From Cyanophyceae cyanobacterium (GTDB lineage Bacteria; Cyanobacteriota; Cyanobacteriia; Cyanobacteriales; Laspinemataceae), in assembly GCA_038321985.1 (NCBI GenBank), contig JBBQFN010000049.1, positions 1-29,938 of the forward strand: a stretch of 29,938 nucleotides of DNA, read 5' to 3'. Positions 1-8,729 of the stretch are shown here, one piece after another. The notes below the pieces were generated by a model. That model worked only from the letters and a program-made list of their open reading frames with translations. It was not told the DNA's origin and ran no database searches. Numbering within the stretch: the first letter of the stretch is position 1; each line of letters opens with the position of its first letter. The position numbers and the translations under genes were made by a program.

Positions 1-140
1 TAGTATTTTGGGGATTTATGAGACTCGTTTTGGTCACTTTTAGAGCTAGAAGCCTTGACTTGTAAGGCTTTCAGTTCCTGGGCTGGGGAGCGAGTACAAA
101 ACTAATTAGAAAAACTTATCACCAAAAAGTCTGAAGAGCC
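1..140. mobile_element. Probable terminus of an ISL3-family insertion sequence or derived MITE; the body lies left of the window
   Basis: The reverse complement from 140 reads GGCTCTTCAGACTTTTTGGTGATAAG, matching the GG(C/T)TCTT start typical of ISL3-family terminal inverted repeats. An internal palindrome AAGCCTTgacttgtAAGGCTT lies at about 50-70. No transposase or second end is visible. Confidence 0.45.
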
Positions 141-188
141 ATAACTGCTTAATTATGGGTTAAAAATTTTAAATTTTTGATAATACTG

Positions 189-210
189 GGGGCAATTGAT
201 TAATTGCCCC
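189..210. repeat. REP-like palindrome, possibly also the rpn 3' hairpin
   Basis: GGGGCAATT-gatt-AATTGCCCC (9-bp arms) lies 8 nt past the rpn stop codon and resembles the common cyanobacterial GGGGCAATTCATGAATTGCCCC repeat. Confidence 0.55.
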
Positions 211-218
211 AAACTACT

Positions 219-464
219 CTAATGCGACTGCAACCAATTCACTAAATCTGTGACTTGGGAAAAATCTAAAAATGCCAAACTCAACTCTTCTAACTGATTT
301 GTTGTGAGAGAATCTAGGCGCTCTCTGACATCAGGTTCCAGGGAACCGAAACGACGATTCAGCATCCCCAGAATTAGGGCCGTTGCTTCTTGCTTCTTAC
401 CCTGATTGAGTCCCTGTTCAAGTCCTTTTTGAAGGATGTCTTGGTAAATCACTGATTCTTGCAT
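219..464 (-). CDS. Putative internally initiated small Rpn isoform (81 aa, MQESVIYQ...), candidate intragenic antitoxin
   Basis: The minus strand reads AGGGAGGAAATTATG: GGAGG (474-470), a 5-nt spacer and an in-frame ATG at 464 (Met200), exactly at the start of the C-terminal domain. Confidence 0.55.
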   Translation of the reverse strand: MQESVIYQDILQKGLEQGLNQGKKQEATALILGMLNRRFGSLEPDVRERLDSLTTNQLEELSLAFLDFSQVTDLVNWLQSH

Positions 465-1061
465 AATTTCCTCCCTGAAAAAGTTAGCAATCAAATCTTT
501 GTTAAACCGTAAACCTGCTAGAACCTGAGTACAAGCAGCAATTTCTTGTCGCTGTTCACGTTCTTCTATATTAGCCACTTCTTCGGCAACTTGAGAAAGT
601 AATTGGGTAGGATCTTGGGCAGCAGACAACACGGCCAAGGGTAGCAATGCCCAGTCTTTTAGTAAGGGTTCGGGAGATTCCTCCCACATTCGCATTACCT
701 CATATCCATGTCGGGTTGATTGGAACCGGAATTCCGTCTCAAAAACCCCACGATTACGGGTTGGTTTGAGCCAGATGACCACCTGCCTCACGGGTAGTCT
801 ATATTGCCAGTATAGTCGTACCCAATAATTTAACATCCGCAGGGGCATTGGTGGGTCTGTGGGAACTTTGACCTGAAATTCAAGATGCAGAATCTCAGTT
901 TCAGTTTGTAAAAAAGTTACCGAGTCAGCCCGAATGGGTTCTAGGGTCAATTCGGTTTTTAAAACCTTGACCGGATCAGAAATTTTCCGGCGGAGTATCC
1001 AAGTGGCAAAGCGTTGTGGATATTTCTCAGCTAGATATTTGCACAGGTTATCAATCGGCAT
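219..1061 (-). CDS. Rpn-family recombination-promoting nuclease / putative transposase with C-terminal DUF4351-like domain
   Basis: 280 aa. N-terminal DNLCKYLAE, nuclease-like IRADS...LHLEFQ, MPLRMLNY, then MQESVIYQ, GLEQGLNQG and the tail QLEELSLAFLDFSQVTDLVNWL, all typical of cyanobacterial Rpn/DUF4351 proteins. Confidence 0.85.
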   Translation of the reverse strand: MPIDNLCKYLAEKYPQRFATWILRRKISDPVKVLKTELTLEPIRADSVTFLQTETEILHLEFQVKVPTDPPMPLRMLNYWVRLYWQYRLPVRQVVIWLKPTRNRGVFETEFRFQSTRHGYEVMRMWEESPEPLLKDWALLPLAVLSAAQDPTQLLSQVAEEVANIEEREQRQEIAACTQVLAGLRFNKDLIANFFREEIMQESVIYQDILQKGLEQGLNQGKKQEATALILGMLNRRFGSLEPDVRERLDSLTTNQLEELSLAFLDFSQVTDLVNWLQSH

Positions 1062-1374
1062 GGTACTGGGTTATAAATAACCTCCACATTTTGGGGTTGA
1101 TTGGCAGCTATAGCCAGGCTAAATTATTTAGGGGTTCTCACTCCTAGTTAAGGTTGACCTAATTTAGTTAGAGGCGCTATATTTCATTATTAATTCTATG
1201 ATAAAAATATCTATAATCATCTCTTGAATTTGCATTGATTTACCCTCGCCGCGAGCCGATCGCCTTGACAGGATAGGTGAGTACGTTCGGATTGCCGTAC
1301 CGGGAATGGGTGTGGGTAAAGGGAAAATTTTCCTTCATAATAGAAGTAGGAAGCTGTTACCCAGGAGTGTTACT

Positions 1375-3204
1375 TTGATTCAAACCCCTCAATCCCCGGC
1401 GATCGCTCAATTGGAAAATCCCCAAGAGTGGGACTTATCCGACCTGTATCAAGGGTTCGATGACCCGAAGTTACAGCAAGACTTAGATACCCTCCAGCAA
1501 CGTGCTGCGGGCTTTCGTCGCGCCTATCGTGGCAATGTCGCCGCACTCAAGCCGGAGCAAATCGCGGAGTGCTTGCAAGAGTTGGAAGAAATAGCTCAAA
1601 TCTCGGGTTATGTTTACGCCTATCCTTCTCTAACCTTTTCAGCAGACACTCGCAATACGGAAGCGAAACAACTGCTGGATAAGGTAATGGAATCTTTAAC
1701 GGCGATTGAAAATCAATTGCTGTTTTTTGACCTAGAATTACAGCAGATTTCGGATGATAATTTTAACCAATTACTCGATTCTACGGATCTGACGACTTAT
1801 ACCCATTATCTCCAGAGAATTGCTGAGTTTCGTCCTCACAAACTTTCAGAAGAAATTGAACAAACTCGCAATCAAGACAGTCTCACGGGTCGGCAGGCAT
1901 TTATCCAGTTGCGATCGGTGCATTTGGGAGAACAAGAATATGAACCTGTAACGACCCCCGATGGCAAAAGTGCCAGCAATGAGGCGGAATTGAGCGCCTT
2001 GTTGTTTCATCCCTCGCCCGAGGTGCGGTACAATGCCTATCTGTCTGTGCGCAATGTCCTCAAACAGCACAATTCCCTCTATGGATTCATTCTGAATACC
2101 GTTACTCAGGATCATCGCATCGAAAGTCAAATGCGCCAGTATCCCTCCACTTTACATAAGCAATTGCTAGCGGATGAGGTTTCTGAACCTGTTTTCCGGG
2201 CAATTATGGAGGGGACGGCAAGTCGGTTTGAACTCTTTGATCGCTACTATCAACTCAAAAGCAAGGCACTGGGTCAAAAAATCCGCATTTGTGACCTCTA
2301 TGCACCTTGGACAACGGAGGATGAGGAGCAGTTACCTCCGTTAAAGTATCAAACTGGGGTAGAAACCTTGTTGAATGCTTTACAAGAGTTTGATGTGAAT
2401 TATGCACGGCGTGCGGAAGAGTTTTTTCTGAAAAACTGGATTGATGCTAAGGTACGTCCGGGTAAGCGTGGCGGTGCATTTTGTGCATATTCTCACGGAA
2501 AGCACAGTTATTTATTGTTGTCTTACACCGAGGATTACAATTCGCTGTTTACCCTGGCTCATGAAATGGGTCATGGGTTACATTTTGCGTGGATTGATGA
2601 TGCTCAATCTTACTATAATAGCAACCCACCTTTAGTTTTGGCTGAGATTGCCTCGACGTTTAATGAGTTGCTGTTGCTGGATTATTTGCTAAAAACTTCG
2701 GCGGATAATAAGACGCTGATGAAGTCGTTGCTGACTCGGCAGTTGGAAGATCAGTTGAATTTGCTATTTCGTCAAAGTACGATTAGCCGTTTGGAATTGG
2801 CGATTCACGATCGCGCCAAAAAAGGGAGTTTTGATGCTAGCTTCGTGAATGAGAAATGGATGGAGTTGTATGGCAATCTCTGTGGAAAATCTGTAGAATT
2901 ATTGCCGGAACATCAGTATGATTGGGCGCGGGTGGGGCATATTTTCTTCAAGCCTTTCTACTGCTATCAATACACGGCTTCTAATATCGTGAGTTTGGCT
3001 TGTTATCAGAAGTATCTGGAAACAGGCAAGGATTTTATTCCAGGGTATATGGAGTTACTCTCAGCAGGTGGGAGTCTCAATCAGGTGGAGGCGTTGCGAA
3101 AGTATGTAGATGTGGATATCGAAAATCCCCAGACGATCGCCAGTGCCTTGAATTATATTGAGGGATTATTGGATAAGTTGCAGGCTAGTTTGGAATTAGG
3201 ATAA
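1375..3204 (+). CDS. pepF: M3B-family oligoendopeptidase F
   Basis: N-terminal WDLSDLY, GKRGGAFC, zinc motif HEMGH with downstream AEIAS, and HIFFKPFYCYQY. The likely start is TTG at 1375 with AGGAG at 1363-1367; the track starts the ORF at 1306. Confidence 0.9.
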   Translation: MIQTPQSPAIAQLENPQEWDLSDLYQGFDDPKLQQDLDTLQQRAAGFRRAYRGNVAALKPEQIAECLQELEEIAQISGYVYAYPSLTFSADTRNTEAKQLLDKVMESLTAIENQLLFFDLELQQISDDNFNQLLDSTDLTTYTHYLQRIAEFRPHKLSEEIEQTRNQDSLTGRQAFIQLRSVHLGEQEYEPVTTPDGKSASNEAELSALLFHPSPEVRYNAYLSVRNVLKQHNSLYGFILNTVTQDHRIESQMRQYPSTLHKQLLADEVSEPVFRAIMEGTASRFELFDRYYQLKSKALGQKIRICDLYAPWTTEDEEQLPPLKYQTGVETLLNALQEFDVNYARRAEEFFLKNWIDAKVRPGKRGGAFCAYSHGKHSYLLLSYTEDYNSLFTLAHEMGHGLHFAWIDDAQSYYNSNPPLVLAEIASTFNELLLLDYLLKTSADNKTLMKSLLTRQLEDQLNLLFRQSTISRLELAIHDRAKKGSFDASFVNEKWMELYGNLCGKSVELLPEHQYDWARVGHIFFKPFYCYQYTASNIVSLACYQKYLETGKDFIPGYMELLSAGGSLNQVEALRKYVDVDIENPQTIASALNYIEGLLDKLQASLELG

Positions 3205-3227
3205 CGACTAAAGTCGTGACGTTGAAC
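3203..3227. repeat. Degenerate copy of the AACGACTnAAGTCGTTACTACGAAC REP-like repeat
   Basis: AACGACTAAAGTCGTGACGTTGAAC overlaps the pepF stop codon and matches the copies at 14650-14731. Confidence 0.55.
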
Positions 3228-3268
3228 GGGGGAAATTTCCCCTTTATCCTTTGGCTGATGTTTGGGGT

Positions 3269-3299
3269 AAAAAAAAGGAAGCCTTGAGGCTTCCTTTTT
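3269..3299. terminator. Bidirectional intrinsic terminator between the convergent pepF and PEP-CTERM genes
   Basis: AAAAAAAA-GGAAGCC-TTGA-GGCTTCC-TTTTT: a perfect stem with an A-tract on one side and a T-tract on the other. Confidence 0.8.
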
Positions 3300-3333
3300 C
3301 TACGGATGTGTCAAACTTATATGATCAGCAAAG

Positions 3334-4236
3334 TTATACGTTTTTGGCGGATTTGCGCTTGGCGGTGGCAAATAAACCTCCAACTGCCATCAGAGCAAGC
3401 ATGGTGGAGGGTTCGGGAACAGATGTTGCTAGTTTAACTTCATAGTTCCCATTGTGAGAAATGCCGTCTTGGCCTACGCCTGAGTTGTTAGCTTGTCCCG
3501 AAGCGGTGGGGGTGAAGCTATACAGGTATTTAGCGGGGCCATTGTCATACATCACTTTCACCAGTTCGCTGGCTTTTACTGTGGCGGGTACCAAGGAAGC
3601 TAGAGGTACCATTCCCACACCTGGCACTTGTATTTTGACGCTTCCCATCGCCGCTTTCAACATCGCAGAGGCATTCAAGTGTCCTGCCAGTCCAATACTG
3701 ATTTTCCCTGTGGTATCCTTTTGATTGACATAGGAAATATTGGGGTCACTGAAGCGCTGCATTCCTTTATTGCTGACAAAAGCGGCCTGAACTGCTGGTT
3801 TGAGGACAGAGGGGATGTTATTCGCGATAAAAGCATCGTCTAACCATTGAGACAGTAGGTTTTTACCGTTACCCATATCGGTGTACCAGTCGGCTTGGGT
3901 TAAGCTGCTGATGACGATATTTTTGCCGCCGATGTTGCCTGTTAAAGTTGTATTTTTGGTAAAGTCAAACCCAGCTTGTTCGCTACTTTTTGCGAGTTCG
4001 ATGTTGCCGCCTGGGGTGCTGCTATTGCCAGAGAGAATAGTTGACACGGAATCGGTGCAGGTGGGTCCAGTGAAGGTGCTAGTGCCATTGGAACAGTATA
4101 GCAAGTAGTCGCTGGCAGCAGTTCCACCAAATTGGGGGTTCGTTAAGGTGCCTGCCAAGGCGGAGGTGCTACCGATCGCAGTCATACCTACGGCAACGGA
4201 AGTGGCGATCGCGAGTTTTTTTACAAGTCCAGTCAT
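3334..4236 (-). CDS. PEP-CTERM exosortase-target surface protein (resembles the cyanobacterial NF038130-type family)
   Basis: 300 aa from ATG 4236 (AGGAG at 4250-4246). Signal peptide MTGLVKKLAIATSVAVGMTAIGSTSALA, core RFSDPNISYVNQ...IGLAGH...SHNGNYEV, and C-terminal VPEP + hydrophobic helix + KRK. Confidence 0.88.
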   Translation of the reverse strand: MTGLVKKLAIATSVAVGMTAIGSTSALAGTLTNPQFGGTAASDYLLYCSNGTSTFTGPTCTDSVSTILSGNSSTPGGNIELAKSSEQAGFDFTKNTTLTGNIGGKNIVISSLTQADWYTDMGNGKNLLSQWLDDAFIANNIPSVLKPAVQAAFVSNKGMQRFSDPNISYVNQKDTTGKISIGLAGHLNASAMLKAAMGSVKIQVPGVGMVPLASLVPATVKASELVKVMYDNGPAKYLYSFTPTASGQANNSGVGQDGISHNGNYEVKLATSVPEPSTMLALMAVGGLFATAKRKSAKNV

Positions 4237-4632
4237 GGTAGAGGTCTCCTTAAGAATGTGCAAGTGGGGTGGGGTTGGGGAATCCGTCTGAGTGTTACGG
4301 ATGCTTTCATTAAATCTTGGGCTTCTCAGGGCGACTGCGATCGCCATCACTTTAAAGTCGCGATCGTTTAAAAGCGTTTAAGTATATAGACTTAAAACTC
4401 TTGGGTGCGGTCTATCTCCGTGAGAACCTAAGAGTGACTAAACTTTAAAGTAAGGTTTAGAGATAAAAATAGTCTTTGATGACTACTTCCCATTATCCTA
4501 GCTGACAACCCTCTCACCTTCCATAAAGTTTTGAGGGAGTCTCGTAAAGTTTGTGTAAAGAGTTGCTAAACTTCCCTAGGTTGAGCTAAGTGTTCTTTCT
4601 GGGGTCTGCTCCCCCTGTGGCTGTTGTCATAT

Positions 4633-4666
4633 AAAGAACCGATAAGCAGAGTCTCATCGGTTCTTT
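4633..4666 (-). terminator. Hairpin / probable terminator downstream of the aminotransferase
   Basis: AAAGAACCGAT...ATCGGTTCTTT, an 11-bp inverted repeat about 25 nt after the stop codon. Confidence 0.6.
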
Positions 4667-4691
4667 TGGGGGAATAAAGGTTTGTGTGAAA

Positions 4692-5864
4692 TTATCCGTT
4701 CAAAAACTGGGCGATTCGTTCCACGGCTTCTTCTAATACCGGCGGATCCCAAACTAAGGCAAACCGCACATACCCTTCACCCATTTTGCCGAATCCGGAA
4801 CCGGGAGAGGCGGCTATGCCAGTTTTTTCGACCATCTGGGTACAAAATCCGATGGAATTGTTAGCCCACTGTTGGGGGAGTTTTGCCCAGACGTACATAG
4901 TAGACTCAGGCATGGGAACTTCCCAACCGATGCGATGCAGGGCGTTAACGAAGGCATCCCGACGCTTGCGGAATATTGCCGTCATTTCGGCTACGGTGTC
5001 TTGGGGACCTGTGAGGGCCGCGATCGCCCCGTTGAGAATACCTTGATATTGATTAAAATCGATTGCCGCTTTGACTTGGCGCAAGGCTTTGATTAGTTCC
5101 GGATTCCCGATCGCATACCCAATCCGCAATCCACCCATGTTATAGGATTTGGACAAGGTAAAAAACTCGATGGAAACGGTTTTTTCGGGGTCTGCTTGTA
5201 GGACCGACGGGACCGAGGTATGGGCCTCAAATACTAAGTCGGCGTAGGGGAAATCGTGAACTAGGACTAAGTTATGCTGCTGACAAAAGGCAACCGCCTC
5301 TTGAAAAAAGGAGAGAGGAGCAATGGCGGTGGTAGGGTTGTGAGGATAGCTGAGGACCATCATCCGCGCTTGGTTTAAAACTGCTGTGGGAATTTCCTCA
5401 AAGACGGGCAAAAATCCATTTTCTTCCCGTAAGGGCATCCCATAAATTTGACCACTGGCTAAATACACCCCCCCGGCATGGGAGGGATAGCCCGGATCCA
5501 TCAATAGGGCAAAATCTCCGGGATTTAAAATGGCTAAGGGCAAATGAGCCGTGCCTTCCTGGGACCCAATTAAAGCCAGGACTTCGGTTTGGGGGTCAAC
5601 GGAAATGCCGTAGCGCTGATAGTACCACTGGGCGGCAGCTTCGCGGAAGGCTTGGGTGCGGTGAAAGAGGACGTAGCCGTGAGAGCTGCGATCGGGTAAA
5701 GAAGAGGCGATCGCCTCAAGGATATGGGGTGCCGGGGGGAGGTCTGAGGACCCCAAGGATAAATCAATGACCTTCAATCCGGCGGCTTTTGCCTTGGCTT
5801 TGGCGTTGTCCATATCCGCAAAGACATTGGAGCGCAGAGGTTCTAAACGTTGAGCAAACTGCAT
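4692..5864 (-). CDS. Class I/II PLP-dependent aminotransferase (cyanobacterial LL-diaminopimelate aminotransferase-like group)
   Basis: 390 aa with GSQEG, DPGYP, YPHNPT, DFPY, the PLP-lysine motif SKSYNMGGLRIG and GEGYVRFAL. The substrate cannot be determined from sequence. Confidence 0.88.
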   Translation of the reverse strand: MQFAQRLEPLRSNVFADMDNAKAKAKAAGLKVIDLSLGSSDLPPAPHILEAIASSLPDRSSHGYVLFHRTQAFREAAAQWYYQRYGISVDPQTEVLALIGSQEGTAHLPLAILNPGDFALLMDPGYPSHAGGVYLASGQIYGMPLREENGFLPVFEEIPTAVLNQARMMVLSYPHNPTTAIAPLSFFQEAVAFCQQHNLVLVHDFPYADLVFEAHTSVPSVLQADPEKTVSIEFFTLSKSYNMGGLRIGYAIGNPELIKALRQVKAAIDFNQYQGILNGAIAALTGPQDTVAEMTAIFRKRRDAFVNALHRIGWEVPMPESTMYVWAKLPQQWANNSIGFCTQMVEKTGIAASPGSGFGKMGEGYVRFALVWDPPVLEEAVERIAQFLNG

Positions 5865-6053
5865 GATGGTTAACGGGTGAGAAGCTGAGGGAGTGCACCT
5901 GAGCAGGCCAACTTAAGCGGTTCGTGACCCAGGGATGGAATGCTTAAAGTTGACCTGAGCGTTGAGTTATGGGGTAGGGAGCAACCTAGAATTAAGCATC
6001 CCCAAAACCGATCAAGTCTCTAGGGGTGAGTCCGATGAGGAATTCCAGGGGGT

Positions 6054-6377
6054 TTATAGATGGGCATTAATCAGAGTAGCTAATGCCTGTTTAGTAATGG
6101 CTCCCTCAAAGGATTGCACAAGCGCCCCATCTTTAAAGATTCGGATTGCGGGTACACCTTCAACGCCGCACTTTTTCACGGATTCAGGATTGGGATCGAC
6201 TTCCAGCTTAAGGACTTTGAGGCGATCGCCATATTCTCCTGCTGCCCAATCTATATAGGGGGAGACCAATCGGCAAGGGCCACACCAACTGGCCCAAAAA
6301 TAGGCCAATACTGGGGTAGTTGCTTGTTCTACTTCGGTTCCAAACTCAGTATCTGTGACTTTGATAATGCTACTCAT
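6054..6377 (-). CDS. Thioredoxin, probably x-type
   Basis: WCGPC active site in YFWASWCGPCRL, plus KVLKLEVDPNP and VEGVPA, which resemble cyanobacterial x-type Trx. ATG at 6377 gives 107 aa. Confidence 0.9.
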   Translation of the reverse strand: MSSIIKVTDTEFGTEVEQATTPVLAYFWASWCGPCRLVSPYIDWAAGEYGDRLKVLKLEVDPNPESVKKCGVEGVPAIRIFKDGALVQSFEGAITKQALATLINAHL

Positions 6378-6504
6378 GCCCACCGCTTTCAAATATTAGG
6401 TACGAGGCGATCGCCAACGGAACCCATGGGAAATCCAACGCTCCTTGCGATCGCTCAATTTTATTAAACTGGGATTATTTTACAGCAGGGAAGTCACGGG
6501 GTGA

Positions 6505-6546
6505 CAGGGAGATAGGGAGATAGGGAGATAGGGGGGATGGGGAGGA
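6505..6546. repeat. Short tandem repeat (8-bp TAGGGAGA unit, about 4-5 degenerate copies)
   Basis: cagggaga tagggaga tagggaga tagggggg atggggagga in the vipp1-trx spacer; similar to the short tandem repeats of filamentous cyanobacteria. Confidence 0.7.
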
Positions 6547-6551
6547 TATAG

Positions 6552-6624
6552 AAAAACCACAACTCCCTGAGTAGAGAAAGCCTTAGTCTAAAGTAAAGAC
6601 CAGGCCAGGACAGGAAGTTGTGGT
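6552..6624 (-). terminator. Long hairpin with U-tract in the vipp1 3' region
   Basis: On the minus strand ACCACAACTTCCTG (6624-6611) pairs with CAGGGAGTTGTGGT (6569-6556), 14 bp with one G-U, followed by TTTT. The enclosed region has inner GCCT/AGGC and GTCT/AGAC pairings. Confidence 0.5.
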
Positions 6625-6659
6625 AAAAATAGGGCAAAGCCCGGGAAGTCGGGGTTTAG

Positions 6660-7427
6660 TTAACTATCCTTGAGCTGAGAGCGCAACTGTTCCAATTCGT
6701 CATCTACAGCGCCGGATTTAGGAGCGCTGCTTTCCCCGGCACGAGGGAGTTGACCCTGAGCCGGAGAAGCGCCGGTGAGTTGCGCCTTCATGGCGGAAAG
6801 TTCATCATCTACATCACTTCCCGCTTCCAATTGCGCGAACTGATTCTCTAGATTCGTGCCTCCAATTTCATTAGCGGCTTGAGAGCGAGCTTCCATTTGC
6901 AAGACCTTTTCTTCCATCCGCTCAAATGCTGCCATTGAGCCACCCGTGTTAATCGAACCGAGAGTATTTTGAAGTTGTTCGTTCGCCTTGGCTGCTTGCG
7001 CCCGAGCCTTAAGCATATTTTTCTTAGTTTTCGCTTCGGAAATCTTGCTTTCCAAACCGATTAAATTGCGCTTGAGGTTATCAACCTGACCCAACTGTCC
7101 ATCCAGTTGAGCTTTTAACATCGCAGCGGTTTCAGCATTGGACTTTTTACGAACCAGAGCTTCCCGGGCGAGATTTTCATCCCCTTTTTGTAGGGCAAGT
7201 TGGGCGCGGCTTTGCCAGGTATTAGCTTCGTTATTGGCCTGTTCGTACTGTTTTTGAGTGCGTTTTTGGTTAGCAATGGAGCTAGCCACAGCTTGGCGCA
7301 ACTGCACCAAGTCTTCCTGCATATCGATAATAGATTGCTCTAGAACTTTTTCGGGGTCTTCGGCTTTGCTGACTATATCGTTAAGATTGGCTCTGACAAC
7401 TCGGCTAATGCGATCAAACAATCCCAT
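6660..7427 (-). CDS. vipp1: Vipp1/IM30 (PspA family, ESCRT-III-like membrane remodelling protein)
   Basis: Starts MGLFDRISRVVRANLN at ATG 7427; EDPEKVLEQ, AFERMEEKV, and a linker plus terminal helix VDDELEQLRSQL characteristic of Vipp1. 255 aa. Confidence 0.92.
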   Translation of the reverse strand: MGLFDRISRVVRANLNDIVSKAEDPEKVLEQSIIDMQEDLVQLRQAVASSIANQKRTQKQYEQANNEANTWQSRAQLALQKGDENLAREALVRKKSNAETAAMLKAQLDGQLGQVDNLKRNLIGLESKISEAKTKKNMLKARAQAAKANEQLQNTLGSINTGGSMAAFERMEEKVLQMEARSQAANEIGGTNLENQFAQLEAGSDVDDELSAMKAQLTGASPAQGQLPRAGESSAPKSGAVDDELEQLRSQLKDS

Positions 7428-7973
7428 GATGCTATTTTTCCTTTGTGGGTTTACAAGGTAGGTATTTATGGACAGGCTTCTGGCTTCAGATCCCCTGTTG
7501 ATTGATTGGGTGGCAACGGTCCTCACCGATTCCGTCTTGTTTGATGGTACTCTGTGTTAGCCGGAGACCGGAGGTCACTGCGGCGATCAAACACCAGAGA
7601 CTCTTCCCTCTCTAGTCTAAAAACTTCATCCGCTTTCTCGCTACATCCCGATATATTTTGGGGTTGATGGACTGCCTGTGATCTTGACTCCAGAGGCATT
7701 CACCCCAGAGCGGGTGGGTTACTAAGGGCGAAAGCAATAGGGGACGAGAGCGCCGGGGGAGGTTTTGGAAGTGCGTTTAATCCTATATTAAAGGGTCGGG
7801 CTTAAAGTTTTGATAGCTCTTAAGCGCTGGCCAGTTCAGAGAATTATCAAATTTGACGGGGAGGAACGGAACGGATTTCCGGCAACTTTACCCTAAATTT
7901 AGCAAGGAGTCCGAGGTAAGCTCGTTCGAGGTTGCCCTAGAAGCAGGATAGACAAATGCAGCCACTTCCCGGG

Positions 7974-8729
7974 TTACTCGTCCATGCGATCGCGCAGTTT
8001 TTGGAGTTCTCCTTCAATTTCGGGGTCTTGGGGAGCACAGAACGGTTTAAGCTCAGGACCAGGGGAGTTGCTGCCGCCGATTTGCCCTTTCATTGCGGTT
8101 AATTCGGCATCGACCCCGCTCCCAGATTCCAGGGAAGCAAATTTTTTTTCAAGCTCATCCCCCCCCAGGGAAGCGACTGCCTGCGATCGCGCTTCGAGTT
8201 GCAGCACTTTTTCTTCCATCCGCTCAAAAGCGGCCATGGTATTCCCCGTTCCGACATCACCGAGTATCTCATGAAGTCGCTCTGATGCCTGAGCGGACCG
8301 AGCACGAGCGATATAGAGGTCTTTTTTTGTCCTGGCTTCGACAATTTTACCTTCTAAACCTCGCATATTTTGCTTAAGCTGTTCCACAATCCCGACTTGT
8401 TGGCCGATCTGTGCTTTCATCCCCGTTGCTGTCTCTAGGTAAGATTTACGACGGGTAAGGGCTTCGCGGGCGAGGTTATCATCCCCTTTTTGTAAGGCCA
8501 ACTGGGCCCGTCGATACCATTCATCAGTCGTAGACTGAGCTTGAGCATACTGACGCTCAGTGCGTTTTTGGGTGGCGATCGCCTGGGCGACGGCTTGCCG
8601 TAGCTGGACCAAGTCCTCCTGCATCTCGTTCATCGTCTGTTCGAGAATCTTTTCCGGGTCTTCCGCTCTATTAATTAGACTGTTAATATTGGCGCGAATC
8701 ACCCTGCTGATTCGGTCAAACAATCCCAT
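7974..8729 (-). CDS. pspA: PspA/IM30-family protein, upstream paralogue of vipp1
   Basis: MGLFDRISRVIRANIN, EDPEKILEQ, KKDLYIARARSA, AFERMEEKV. The tandem pspA-vipp1 order is typical of cyanobacteria. The start could instead be 8741. Confidence 0.88.
   Translation of the reverse strand: MGLFDRISRVIRANINSLINRAEDPEKILEQTMNEMQEDLVQLRQAVAQAIATQKRTERQYAQAQSTTDEWYRRAQLALQKGDDNLAREALTRRKSYLETATGMKAQIGQQVGIVEQLKQNMRGLEGKIVEARTKKDLYIARARSAQASERLHEILGDVGTGNTMAAFERMEEKVLQLEARSQAVASLGGDELEKKFASLESGSGVDAELTAMKGQIGGSNSPGPELKPFCAPQDPEIEGELQKLRDRMDE

Noticed and set aside
4692..5864. Assigning the symbol dapL
   Set aside because: It does not look like the canonical cyanobacterial DapL N-terminus that I recall, and substrate cannot be read from class I/II motifs.
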